Assembly: GCA_030591625.1 (NCBI GenBank)
Contig: JAUVAR010000002.1
Span: 1 to 42,948, forward strand
Direction of reading: 5' to 3'
Origin: Candidatus Zixiibacteriota bacterium
Lineage (GTDB): Bacteria > Zixibacteria > MSB-5A5 > GN15 > FEB-12
Length of the DNA: 42,948 nt
The position numbers were made by a program, and so were the translations under genes. Shown piece by piece: positions 8,679 through 18,713 of the stretch (the stretch's first letter is position 1; each line of letters begins with the position of its first letter). Below the pieces are notes generated by a model. It was not told the DNA's origin. It ran no database searches and saw only the letters and a program-made list of their open reading frames with translations.

Positions 8679-9590
8679 TTGCAGATAACAATTAACAACC
8701 TTTCCAAGCAGTACGCCGGTGGTAAGTTTGCCCTTCGCAATATTGATCTGACAATCAATAGCGGTATGTTCGGTCTTTTGGGTCCTAATGGTGCCGGCAA
8801 AACTACACTCATTCGAATTCTTGTAACTCTTCTTAAGCCATCCGAAGGAAAAGTAAAGATCAACGAATTAGACCTTCAAAAAGATCGCCGTGAAATCAGA
8901 AAGATGATCGGCTATCTACCTCAGGACTTTGCGACTTTCTCAAAACTTCATGTTTGGGAATTTTTAGATTATGCCGGTGCCATGTCGGGAATAAAATCGA
9001 GAAAGAAACGGATGTCAGAAGTTGACAGGCTTTTGGAAGAGGTTGGTTTGTTTGATGTTCGTGATCGTCGCGCCGACAAACTGTCGGGTGGTATGAAACG
9101 TCGTTTGGGAATTGCTCAAACATTAATTGGCGAACCATCGGTGATGATTGTCGATGAACCGACTGTCGGACTTGATCCCCACGAACGGCTGCGATTTAGA
9201 AATCTTCTCGCCGATCTTTCACGTAAAGAAATGATTATTATTCTTTCTACTCACATCGTAGGAGATATCTCCTCGACTTGTACCGATGTAGCACTACTCA
9301 ATAATGGTAAAATTTCATTCAATGGCTCGCCCGATGAATTGGTAGCATCGGCACAGGGTAAAGTTTGGCGTATAGTTTCGTCATCTTTGGAAATGGATAG
9401 CATAAGAGTTAAGTATCCGGTTATCTCGGCGGTACCTGCCGAAGAGGGTTTTGAGTTGCGTGTTGTGGCCAATGAAAAACCCGGACCAAACGCCCAAGTT
9501 GTCGAGCCTAATCTTGAAGATGCCTATATTCATTTCATGCAGTCAACAGGTTATGACATGAACCTTGAGTCGGGAGATAACGGATGGTAG
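8679..9590 (+). CDS. ABC transporter ATP-binding protein (NBD1)
   Basis: TTG is the only possible start; an in-frame TGA lies at 8664-8666. Motifs present: Walker A GPNGAGKTT (8781-8807), signature LSGGMKRR, Walker B MIVDEPTVGLD, H-loop STH. It is a clear paralogue of the C-terminal domain of ORF 18710-23443. Confidence 0.92.
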   Translation: MQITINNLSKQYAGGKFALRNIDLTINSGMFGLLGPNGAGKTTLIRILVTLLKPSEGKVKINELDLQKDRREIRKMIGYLPQDFATFSKLHVWEFLDYAGAMSGIKSRKKRMSEVDRLLEEVGLFDVRDRRADKLSGGMKRRLGIAQTLIGEPSVMIVDEPTVGLDPHERLRFRNLLADLSRKEMIIILSTHIVGDISSTCTDVALLNNGKISFNGSPDELVASAQGKVWRIVSSSLEMDSIRVKYPVISAVPAEEGFELRVVANEKPGPNAQVVEPNLEDAYIHFMQSTGYDMNLESGDNGW

Positions 9591-9614
9591 TGACATCGGA
9601 AGGATTGCTATAGT

Positions 9615-12600
9615 ATGAATTTTCACTCTATCTGGACAATCGCACGCTTTGAAGCAAAGTTGTTGCTACGTTCATGGGCATTCAGAATCTTTTCTGCAGG
9701 TGGTTTTTTAATACTGCTCATAATGGATATTGCAGTAGGTTCGAAGGTCGCCGATGAACCACATTACATGGTAGCGCTCTCTTCTGCCCTTCCGTTGGCC
9801 AATCTTAAAATGCTCAATGTATATCAGGGAATCATTGCAGCATTTCTTGCAACTGAGTTCATGAAACGTGATCGCAAGCATGATACAACACAAGTCTTCT
9901 ATGTCAGGTCGTATTCCAACTGGGATTATATCTTGGGTAAGCTGGCAGGCATAACAACCGTTTTTGGATTTCTAAATATTGCTGTTCTCTTTCAGGTTTT
10001 AATAATACATCTCTTCTTCTCGCATTCACCATTCGCATGGCAGCCATACTTGTATTTTCTTGGTATAATTTCAATCCCGACATTATTCTTTATGATCGGA
10101 ATGTCGTTCCTGCTAATTACTGTCCTGCGTTCACAGGCTTTAGTTTTTGTAATCATGCTTGCCTATTCGTTGCTTGTTTTAATTATGCTCGGAGGTAAGT
10201 ATTTCAACATCTTAGATTCTTTTGCTCTGTGGCAACCGATCACTTATTCGGATTTCAATGGACTCGGTGATCTCAAGCCGTTGCTCCTGATAAGAGGTGC
10301 GTATTTCATGTTTGGGCTTGGCTTGATTTCGCTGGCTGTGCTAACGACCCGACGGCTGAGACAGTCTATCACATTCAACAGCTTAGCAGGTTTTATTGCT
10401 GTAGGTTCAATAGCTATCGCATGTACACTTGGCGTTATGCATATAAATGATTCCAAGACGGACTTAGCATATAGAGAGAAACTTAAAGAGCTATCAATTA
10501 CCAATGCTAATTATCCAACAGCGACGATACGAGATTATAAAATTGATCTCAAATTGTTAAACCGTGAAATCAATGTCGTTTCAAAAATAACAACTGTTAA
10601 TGAAACTGATACAGCTTTGGATTCGGTTTTCTTTACACTTAATCCGGGGTTGACGATTAGTTCGATTACATCGTCGGGTGCATCTGTTAACTTTGATCGC
10701 AACGAACAGATATGCTGGGTAAAACCTGACGGTCAGCTTGGAATTAATGACAGCCTGATACTCGACGTTGCATATACTGGTGCCATTGACGACAGGGTAA
10801 TGTATCTCGATATCGAACAGGAACGTCTTGATGCTCTTTATTATCTATGGATGATCAGAGTAAAAAAACAATACTCGTATTGTGAATCTGATTATTTGCA
10901 TCTTACACCTGAAGCAGCCTGGTATCCGATTGCCGGGGTTCCGCATGGTGCGGCTTTGCCTGCATCGGGAGCACAACGATTCGCAACGTATCAGCTGTCT
11001 GCAACAGTACCTGCGGGTTTGACCGTAATTTCACAAAATGATGGTGAACCAGAAATAGTCACAAACGAATCAGGCGTTACATACAAATTTACATCGGAAC
11101 AAGTATTGCCACAGATTTCGTTAACAGCCGGTAACTATGAACGACGCAGCATAGATGTTGATTCAGTAAATTATTCGCTCTACTTCCTTCCGGGACACAA
11201 TTACTTTGATGAATATTTTGAGAATGTTGGGGATACGATTGAATATCTGATTAGAGATTTGCGTAATGGTTACGAAGTACCGCTTGGTATAAAATATCCG
11301 TATTCAAATCTTTCGATAGTTGAAGTACCGGCCGGCTTCTATAGTTATGAACGATTATGGACATCTGCTCAAGAGATGGTCCAACCACAGATTGTATTCA
11401 TGCCTGAGATGGGTGTTGTTGGTGATGGTACCGATCTTGATCGCGCCAAACGAAGTGGCACGAGACGTCAGGAACGAAACAACCAGGAGGAGAGCTCTCT
11501 TGTTCTGGAGTCAGGGTATTTTAATAATTTCGTGAAGGCTGATCTTCTTGCTCAAAATGTAGCCTGGTGGGGTATCAGACGGCGTGTTGATTTTTTTGAA
11601 CCTCGCTATGAACTCTTTTCCAATTTCGTATCGTACAAGACTCGAATCGTTTCTGATCAATGGCCGGTGCTCAATCGTGCAATTGAGTCATACTATCAAC
11701 AGAGAGTGAAAGTCCCTGATGAAACATTTTCAAGAATGTGGCGTGGATTGACAGATACTGAAAAAGCAAATCTCGCTCTGAAGAGAATTCCGTTTAAGGA
11801 CTTATTATCAAATACTAAAATTGAACGTGACATCAGGCAGGCCGCTCTCACCAACAAATGTGAATACCTCCTCTTGATGATGGAAGCTAAAATTGGACCG
11901 GATATATTCTCGGAAGCTATGGATAGTTATCTTGAGAACAACGCCAACACAGTTGTACCTGAAAGTACTTTTATGCAGTTTGCATCGGAGATGACAAACA
12001 GTGATTTTGCGGGCATTGTTGACCAATGGTATGCCGACACTGTTTTAGCAGGATATTATATTGAAAATGTGGAATGCTACAAAGTTATAGATGGTGAACG
12101 AACGCGCACACAGGTTAAGTTTAAACTTACTAACCCTACAAAGACCGACGGTGCCCTTTCTGTTAACATTCGCTACAGGAAAAAGCAGGCAGACCGTCAC
12201 TCCGGACGTGACCAACCAGATTATACTCGTACACTTTTTGTACCGGCTTTGACAAGACATGAAATTGGAATTATAGTAGATGACGAAGTTTCCAATCTGC
12301 AACTTGGTACTTTTGTTTCACAGAATATCCCTTCTGTTTTACAGTCTCATTTCAGAGAACAAAAACTAAGAGATGATGAAATTATCTTTGAAGGTGAGAT
12401 CGTTGACACTTTCGACTTAAAGAGCACGGTTAATGCGAGTGAGTACGTTGTTGATAACGAGGATCTCGGATTTGAAGCTACCAACTCAGCCCGTGAAAAC
12501 TGGCTAAGACTATATCTGTTGAAACTTATCGGTGACGAAGAAGAAAATGATGTCTATCATGGCATGAGATTTTGGGATCCACCCGGAACATGGCTCGCTA

Positions 12601-12983
12601 CCACCGATCAACGATTCCATGGACGATTTATTCATTCGGCTTACTATAAAAGATCAGGAGATGGTACATCGATCGTTTCATGGGCTGCTGACTTAGAGGA
12701 GGCTGGTGACTACGATGTGTATTATTACTGCGAAGGGGAACAGCGTTTCAGATGGTGGCGCCGTAGAAATCGTGGAAAGATGGTTGATAAGGGCGAGAAA
12801 CAGTTCATTGTTCATCATGTTGATGGTTCAGACGATGTACCGCTGGACTTAAACGGGGTTGAAGAAGGTTGGAATTTCTTGGGTACTTTCAGATTTAAGT
12901 CCGGCGAGAACTGGATTGATCTAACTGATAAAACAACTGCGCAAACTATTACAGCCGATGCGATCAAGTGGGTGAAACGTTAG
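9615..12983 (+). CDS. ABC-2-type permease (~7 hydrophobic helices) fused to an M1-aminopeptidase-like domain lacking HExxH and a golvesin-C-terminal-like domain
   Basis: 1122 aa. The N-terminal ~290 aa is polytopic. Next comes a region resembling the M1 N-terminal beta-sandwich ('IRDYKIDLKL...LDSVFFTLNPGLTISSITSSG...LILDVAYTGAI'). There is no HExxH anywhere in the protein. The C-terminus, 'GDYDVYYY...FIVHHVDGSDDVPLDLNG..GWNFLGTFRFKSGENWIDLTDKT..TITADAIKWV', resembles the golvesin-type C-terminal domain. Confidence 0.6.
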   Translation: MNFHSIWTIARFEAKLLLRSWAFRIFSAGGFLILLIMDIAVGSKVADEPHYMVALSSALPLANLKMLNVYQGIIAAFLATEFMKRDRKHDTTQVFYVRSYSNWDYILGKLAGITTVFGFLNIAVLFQVLIIHLFFSHSPFAWQPYLYFLGIISIPTLFFMIGMSFLLITVLRSQALVFVIMLAYSLLVLIMLGGKYFNILDSFALWQPITYSDFNGLGDLKPLLLIRGAYFMFGLGLISLAVLTTRRLRQSITFNSLAGFIAVGSIAIACTLGVMHINDSKTDLAYREKLKELSITNANYPTATIRDYKIDLKLLNREINVVSKITTVNETDTALDSVFFTLNPGLTISSITSSGASVNFDRNEQICWVKPDGQLGINDSLILDVAYTGAIDDRVMYLDIEQERLDALYYLWMIRVKKQYSYCESDYLHLTPEAAWYPIAGVPHGAALPASGAQRFATYQLSATVPAGLTVISQNDGEPEIVTNESGVTYKFTSEQVLPQISLTAGNYERRSIDVDSVNYSLYFLPGHNYFDEYFENVGDTIEYLIRDLRNGYEVPLGIKYPYSNLSIVEVPAGFYSYERLWTSAQEMVQPQIVFMPEMGVVGDGTDLDRAKRSGTRRQERNNQEESSLVLESGYFNNFVKADLLAQNVAWWGIRRRVDFFEPRYELFSNFVSYKTRIVSDQWPVLNRAIESYYQQRVKVPDETFSRMWRGLTDTEKANLALKRIPFKDLLSNTKIERDIRQAALTNKCEYLLLMMEAKIGPDIFSEAMDSYLENNANTVVPESTFMQFASEMTNSDFAGIVDQWYADTVLAGYYIENVECYKVIDGERTRTQVKFKLTNPTKTDGALSVNIRYRKKQADRHSGRDQPDYTRTLFVPALTRHEIGIIVDDEVSNLQLGTFVSQNIPSVLQSHFREQKLRDDEIIFEGEIVDTFDLKSTVNASEYVVDNEDLGFEATNSARENWLRLYLLKLIGDEEENDVYHGMRFWDPPGTWLATTDQRFHGRFIHSAYYKRSGDGTSIVSWAADLEEAGDYDVYYYCEGEQRFRWWRRRNRGKMVDKGEKQFIVHHVDGSDDVPLDLNGVEEGWNFLGTFRFKSGENWIDLTDKTTAQTITADAIKWVKR

Positions 12984-13025
12984 AGAGATTCTTGCGTACC
13001 TGTATAGATGACTCAGAGGAGACCG

Positions 13026-14516
13026 ATGATACAATTTGATTTAATGAAACGAACATCTAAAGCTTTGCTTATTCCGTTATTACTCATTGCGATAATTGTA
13101 ATAATAGCGTCGAGCAGCAGCCAGGCCGAAACGTTCACTCTTGAACAGGCACTTGACATTGCATTCCAAAATTCCCCTACAATGAAAAATGCAGGTTGGA
13201 ATTTAGAGATTTCTCAACATAATCTTAATGCCCAGAAAGCATCACTGAAGTCGCAATTCTCGCTGAACGTCACACCGTTTTCGTGGGACAGAGGAACATC
13301 CTTTGATCCAACAACTTCTCAATATACAATAAGAGAAACCAAATCTTCCTCTGCCCGTTTTAACATTTCACAACCAATCAAATGGACTGATGGGACACTA
13401 ACTGTTTCTGAATCTATCAACTGGCAGGAAACATCTGACTCTTATTCCGGCCGCAACGACGTTACAAACTACTTAAGTTCGTTGGAACTAAGGTTCTCAC
13501 AACCAATTTTTACTTATAACCGAACCAAGATGCGGTTGAGTGAGCTTGAGCTTTCATTAGAGAATTCACAATTGAATTTTGCTTTGCAAAAACTGCAAAT
13601 TGAACGTTCAGTGACACAGGATTTCCTCGGCCTCTACCATCAATTTGAAAGTGTTAAAATTTCTCAGGAAGAATCGACCAACGCCAACGTAAGTTACGAG
13701 ATTATCTCAAACAAAGTTGAAGCGGGCATTTCTGCTCGCGAGGAACTATTTCAGGCCGATCTCACCAAAGCTAACTCGCAGGCGAACCTTGACAATAGTC
13801 GCAATCAGTATGAAAACTCATCGGACAATTTCAAACTCGCACTGGGACTTGATCTGAATATTGATGTTGAAATTGCCGCCAAACTTGAACAGGAGATTGC
13901 GAATGTTAATCTTTCTGAGGCGATCAATCATGGGCTGAAGCATAGAATGGAATTGCGTCAAAAAGATATCGATATACAGAATGCGTTATTTAATCTTACT
14001 CGTACCGGCGCTCAAAATGAGTTCTTCGGAACTCTTAATATGTCATGGGGTTTAACCGGAACCGATTCAAGCTACAAGGATATTTTTGACTCACCGTCCA
14101 AAGATCGAGGGGTTGCAATTTCATTTGATATACCTCTATTCGATTGGGGCGAGAAGAAACATCGCATGGAAGCGAGTGAGTTGGAAATTGAATCAGCTCG
14201 CCTTTCCGCCGAAGAACAACAACGCCAGATCATTCTGGAAATCAGACAGGCGTATCGCAATCTCGTCTATCAGGAATCACAAATAGCCATTGCGGATAAA
14301 AATGTAGAAAACGCACGCCGGACTTATGAACTGAATTTGGAAAGATATAAAAGTGGTGACCTTTCGTCTAAAGATATCGCTTTCTATCAAACACAACTTT
14401 CTCAGCAACGACTGAGTAAAGTCCAGGCGTTAATAAATTATAAAATAGCCCTGCTTGATCTGAAGATACGATCCCTTTGGGATTTCAGCACCGGCAAGGC
14501 GGTGCTCGAACTGTAA
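13026..14516 (+). CDS. TolC-family outer-membrane efflux protein
   Basis: ORF 13008-14516. I prefer the ATG at 13026, which is preceded by AGGAGA. It has a signal peptide. 'FTLEQALDIAFQNSPTMKNA' is a typical TolC/OEP start, and the coiled-coil/beta repeat is duplicated. Confidence 0.85.
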   Translation: MIQFDLMKRTSKALLIPLLLIAIIVIIASSSSQAETFTLEQALDIAFQNSPTMKNAGWNLEISQHNLNAQKASLKSQFSLNVTPFSWDRGTSFDPTTSQYTIRETKSSSARFNISQPIKWTDGTLTVSESINWQETSDSYSGRNDVTNYLSSLELRFSQPIFTYNRTKMRLSELELSLENSQLNFALQKLQIERSVTQDFLGLYHQFESVKISQEESTNANVSYEIISNKVEAGISAREELFQADLTKANSQANLDNSRNQYENSSDNFKLALGLDLNIDVEIAAKLEQEIANVNLSEAINHGLKHRMELRQKDIDIQNALFNLTRTGAQNEFFGTLNMSWGLTGTDSSYKDIFDSPSKDRGVAISFDIPLFDWGEKKHRMEASELEIESARLSAEEQQRQIILEIRQAYRNLVYQESQIAIADKNVENARRTYELNLERYKSGDLSSKDIAFYQTQLSQQRLSKVQALINYKIALLDLKIRSLWDFSTGKAVLEL

Positions 14517-14528
14517 CAGGAGATTTCA

Positions 14529-15587
14529 ATGATAAACCGATTAGCAATAATCACCCTTGGCATTTGCGCCCTCTTTGTAGTAGGGTGTGAAGATGATGGC
14601 CCTGACCTGGATATTGAAGCATCTATTCCTGTCCGGGTGGATTCGGTCGCACTTAAACCGATTATGGAATTTGCATTTGCAACGGGAACGGTCAAGGCGG
14701 TCAAAGAAGCGACGCTTAGCGCACAGCAGCCGGGCTATTACCGTCTTTTGAATAACCCACGTACCGGCAAAGCGTTTGCAATGGGTGATGAAGTTAAGAC
14801 TGGTGAAATGATTGTAAGGCTGGTGAATCAGGAATTTGAAAACCAAATCGGCTTTGAATCGAAGAAACTAAATTTTGATATCTCCGAACGTGAATTTATT
14901 AAACAAAAATCGCTGTACGAAAAAGGTGGAATCACCCAACGTGAGTTGATCGACTCTGAACGTTCGTTCATCGATGCTCGTTATGGTTTAGACAATGCCA
15001 AGCTGTCACTCGATAAACTCAAGATCAAGTCTCCATTCAATGGAATCATCGTTGACCTTCCATTTTATAGTGCCAATCAACTGGTAGAATCGAACGCCCT
15101 CATTGTACAAGTTATGGACTACTCTCGTCTTTATACCGAAGTAACACTTCCGGGTAAAGAGATGGAACGAGTGAAGCGTAATCAGGAAGCCCTCATTACA
15201 AATTATGCGCACCCTGAGGATACACTCAATGGTTTTGTGTCGCAAGTCTCACCTGCACTCGATCCTGAGAGCCGTATGTTTAAACTCGGAATTGAAATTA
15301 ACAATGACTCTCTCCTTTTGAGACCGGGGATGTTTGTTAAGGCAGACATCATTGTTGACTCACGTGATTCGACCCTTGTTATCCCGAAAGATATTATTTT
15401 GGAACGTCGCGGTAATAAGACTGTCTTTGTTGTTGAAGCAGGTGTTGCCCAGGAACGAATATTACGTCTGGGCCTATCGAATCAAAAAGAAGTGGAAGTC
15501 CTTGATGGACTTGAACACAATGATCGTCTGGTCGTTGAGGGATTCGAGACCCTCCGCCCTCGCTCTAAAGTAAAGATCACTAAATAG
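14529..15587 (+). CDS. Efflux RND periplasmic adaptor (membrane fusion protein), lipoprotein
   Basis: AGGAG precedes the ATG. Lipobox 'LFVVGCED'. It has an HlyD/MFP-like lipoyl and beta-barrel pattern ('IKSPFNGIIVDL', 'RPGMFVKADI'). Confidence 0.85.
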   Translation: MINRLAIITLGICALFVVGCEDDGPDLDIEASIPVRVDSVALKPIMEFAFATGTVKAVKEATLSAQQPGYYRLLNNPRTGKAFAMGDEVKTGEMIVRLVNQEFENQIGFESKKLNFDISEREFIKQKSLYEKGGITQRELIDSERSFIDARYGLDNAKLSLDKLKIKSPFNGIIVDLPFYSANQLVESNALIVQVMDYSRLYTEVTLPGKEMERVKRNQEALITNYAHPEDTLNGFVSQVSPALDPESRMFKLGIEINNDSLLLRPGMFVKADIIVDSRDSTLVIPKDIILERRGNKTVFVVEAGVAQERILRLGLSNQKEVEVLDGLEHNDRLVVEGFETLRPRSKVKITK

Positions 15588-15608
15588 AACTGCATCAGGT
15601 AGAATACT

Positions 15609-18600
15609 ATGTTTAGACTGGCCCGCTTTTCTGTAAAATATCCTACTACTGTTCTAATGATGATCTTAGCAATCGGTTTGCTTGGATACATTTCGTTCAC
15701 GCGACTTGGAGTTGATCTTCTTCCGGACCTGAATAACCCAAGATTATTTATTGAAGTTAATGCGGGTGAAAAACCTCCTGCTGAAATGGAACAACAATAT
15801 GTAACCGACCTTGAGGCTGTTGCTGTCAGGGGAAGTAAAGTTGAAAACGTATCGTCGATTTCACGAATAGGCAAAGCTCTTATTACAGTTGAGTACTCCT
15901 GGGATGCCGACATGGATGAGGCGTTTCTTGATCTGCAAAAATCAATAGCCGACTTCACTCAAGGTTCTGATGCCGACGAAGTTAGTGTAAGTCAACTTGA
16001 TCCCAACGCAGTTCCTATTTTGATTGCAACGTTTGCTCATCCCGAGATTGATGACCTTGACCTGCTCAGACAAACTGCGGAAAATATAATTCAGAATGAA
16101 CTGATTCGTCTGCCTGGTGTGGCAGGTGTTGATGTTGTTGGCAGTCGGGTGCGTGAAGTTGAAGTAAGGACTGATGCATTCACCCTTGAAGCTTACGGTC
16201 TCACTCTTGATGAATTGGCAGGCGCGATCGAACGTACCAATCGGAATATGACCGGTGGTTCTATAATCGAAATGGGTCGTCGATATATGATTCGCGGTGT
16301 AGGCGAACTGACCAGCCGTGAAGACTTGGAAGATATCATTGTAACATACAAAACACCTGCCGTTTCAAGAGGCTTAGGTGAACAGTTAAATAGTGAGCGG
16401 GTGCCGGTATATCTGCGTGAGGTTGCAACTGTTGAATTTGTTCTTAGTGAACCAGAAAACATTGTTCGTTCGAACGGACGTCAGTGTCTTGCGCTCGAAA
16501 TATTCAAAGAAGCACGATACAACACTATAGATGCAGCCGAGACAGCTCGTAAAAGACTTGATGAACTGCACGCTTCACTATCTGGATATGAAATTGATAT
16601 TATTCAGGATCAATCAAAATTTATTGATGCAGCTATAACAGAAGTTGAACAGACCGGTTTGGCCGGGGTCCTTCTTGCTATTATGATTCTGTTTGTTTTC
16701 CTGCGACGTATTGGTGTAACGGCAATCATAAGTATAGCGATTCCGATTTCCGTCATTGCTACTTTCAACCTGATGTACTTCAATGGCCTGTCGTTGAACA
16801 TCATGACACTTGGAGGACTCGCACTTGGCGCGGGCATGCTTGTTGATAACGCTATTGTTGTTATGGAGAATATTTTCAGACACCTTGAGTCAGGTAAATC
16901 AATTACTGAGGCTGCAATACATGGCGCGGGTGAAGTTGGCGGAGCGATTACGAGTTCAACACTTACAACAATTGTTGTTTTCCTTCCGATTGTATATCTG
17001 CATGGTGCTGCCGGTGAACTCTTCCGCGAGCAGGCCTGGACAGTTGCTTATTCGCTGATCTCATCATTATTTGTTGCACTAATCGTAATTCCAATGCTCT
17101 GCTCAAGAATGCTCAAGGATAAAAAAGCCAAAACAATTTCATCCGTTCAGTTTACAACCTACGGTAATTTTCTTAAGACCGTTATCGCCAAAAAAGGTGT
17201 TGTTGCATTTTCCGCCGCAATGCTCGTCTTGACCGCTGCATTTATTGTACCGATGGTCGGTAGTGAGTTCATGCCCCAAACTGAGCAGGGAGAGATGTTT
17301 GTTCATTTGACTTTACCGGAAGGAACTTCACTTGAACGCACAGAAGGAACAGTACGGAACATTGAAGCAATGATAGGGCAGAAATATTCTTCTTTTATCA
17401 GTAAGATATATTCTAAAGTTGGACCGACCAGCAATAACTCAGGCTCGGCTGTTGAACTAACAGATGACAATTATGCAGTCATTCATCTTGTGCTTACAGA
17501 AGCTGGTTCCGGGGCCACACATTCGCTTGTAGCTGGACTTGACGCAGAACTTAAAAACATTCCGGATGCCGAGACACGGATATCGCTTCAACAAACAGCT
17601 CTCAAGACGACGCTTGGAACAACAACCGCACCTCTCGTTGTCGAGATAAAGGGCAAAGATTTAGATGTCTTGCAGTCTTTATCGGAAGAAGTCAAACTGA
17701 CTCTTGAGTCTATTGAGCATCTTACTAATGTTGAGACGAGTTTTCGCGATGGACGCCCCGAGATCAATATTATGGTTGATCGCACAGTTGCCTCGCAGTT
17801 CTCACTTGATGCCGACAAGGTTGGTAATGATCTAAGAGCGTTGCTTTCGGGGCGTGACGCCGGACAACTTCAATACCAGGGAGATTATGCCGATATAAAG
17901 CTACGACGCCCAGAGGTTTCTTTAAGCGAACTTAACTCTATTATAATAGAAGCGCCGGGCGGACGTCAGGTCCGACTTGATGAAATCGCACGATTGATAC
18001 CATCAGTTTCAACACGAGAGATATCTCGCAACAATCAAATTAGAATTGCAAGCGTGAGTGCTCATTTGACATCGGATGAAGCGTTTGATAAAACGGCTGC
18101 AACAGTTCGTGATGCGATATCAAAAATAACGATACCACCAGAATATTCATTTGAAATCACCGGTGAAGAAAAAATGCGTCGCGAAGCGTTTGGTAATCTC
18201 AAGTTCGCTTTGTTGCTTGCAATTATACTCGTTTATATGGTTATGGCTGCACAGTTTGAATCGCTCCTGCATCCCTTTGTAATATTGCTGACTATTCCGC
18301 TCGCAGGAGTTGGCGCTGTGCTAATTCTTTTTGTGATGGGACTGCCCTTCAATGTTATGTCTTTCATTGGAATAATCATGCTTGCAGGTATAGCTGTTAA
18401 TGATTCAATTATTCTGGTGGACAGGATAAATCAGAACCGAAGGAATGGACTGGCTCTTATCGATGCAATCGTTGATGCCGGTCAGACTCGTATTCGTCCG
18501 ATTGTTATGACATCGGTAACAACAATTCTCGCACTACTTCCTCTTACAATTGGAATTGGTGAAGGAGCAGCGCTTCGTGCTCCTATGGCTCTTGCAGTTA

Positions 18601-18713
18601 TTGGTGGACTTGTTACATCAACTGCTCTTACTCTTATTGTTATACCAGCTGTTTATCATCTTATAGCTGGACGCTCTGCAATCAGTAACAGGATAACAAC
18701 CTCCGAACAATGA
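15609..18713 (+). CDS. RND efflux permease (AcrB/CzcA superfamily), RND1
   Basis: 1034 aa with 12-TM/2-loop organisation. TM4 reads 'GMLVDNAIVVMENI' and TM11 reads 'RIRPIVMTSVTT'. The stop overlaps the next start (ATGA). Confidence 0.92.
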   Translation: MFRLARFSVKYPTTVLMMILAIGLLGYISFTRLGVDLLPDLNNPRLFIEVNAGEKPPAEMEQQYVTDLEAVAVRGSKVENVSSISRIGKALITVEYSWDADMDEAFLDLQKSIADFTQGSDADEVSVSQLDPNAVPILIATFAHPEIDDLDLLRQTAENIIQNELIRLPGVAGVDVVGSRVREVEVRTDAFTLEAYGLTLDELAGAIERTNRNMTGGSIIEMGRRYMIRGVGELTSREDLEDIIVTYKTPAVSRGLGEQLNSERVPVYLREVATVEFVLSEPENIVRSNGRQCLALEIFKEARYNTIDAAETARKRLDELHASLSGYEIDIIQDQSKFIDAAITEVEQTGLAGVLLAIMILFVFLRRIGVTAIISIAIPISVIATFNLMYFNGLSLNIMTLGGLALGAGMLVDNAIVVMENIFRHLESGKSITEAAIHGAGEVGGAITSSTLTTIVVFLPIVYLHGAAGELFREQAWTVAYSLISSLFVALIVIPMLCSRMLKDKKAKTISSVQFTTYGNFLKTVIAKKGVVAFSAAMLVLTAAFIVPMVGSEFMPQTEQGEMFVHLTLPEGTSLERTEGTVRNIEAMIGQKYSSFISKIYSKVGPTSNNSGSAVELTDDNYAVIHLVLTEAGSGATHSLVAGLDAELKNIPDAETRISLQQTALKTTLGTTTAPLVVEIKGKDLDVLQSLSEEVKLTLESIEHLTNVETSFRDGRPEINIMVDRTVASQFSLDADKVGNDLRALLSGRDAGQLQYQGDYADIKLRRPEVSLSELNSIIIEAPGGRQVRLDEIARLIPSVSTREISRNNQIRIASVSAHLTSDEAFDKTAATVRDAISKITIPPEYSFEITGEEKMRREAFGNLKFALLLAIILVYMVMAAQFESLLHPFVILLTIPLAGVGAVLILFVMGLPFNVMSFIGIIMLAGIAVNDSIILVDRINQNRRNGLALIDAIVDAGQTRIRPIVMTSVTTILALLPLTIGIGEGAALRAPMALAVIGGLVTSTALTLIVIPAVYHLIAGRSAISNRITTSEQ

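Noticed and set aside
8570-8863. 97-aa minus-strand ORF overlapping the NBD1 start.
   Set aside because: It lies antisense to a clear ABC ATPase gene; the Walker A codons lie within it. It is spurious.
15482-15958. 158-aa minus-strand ORF spanning the MFP/RND1 junction.
   Set aside because: It lies antisense to two strongly supported efflux genes. It is Ser/Arg-rich and has no motifs.
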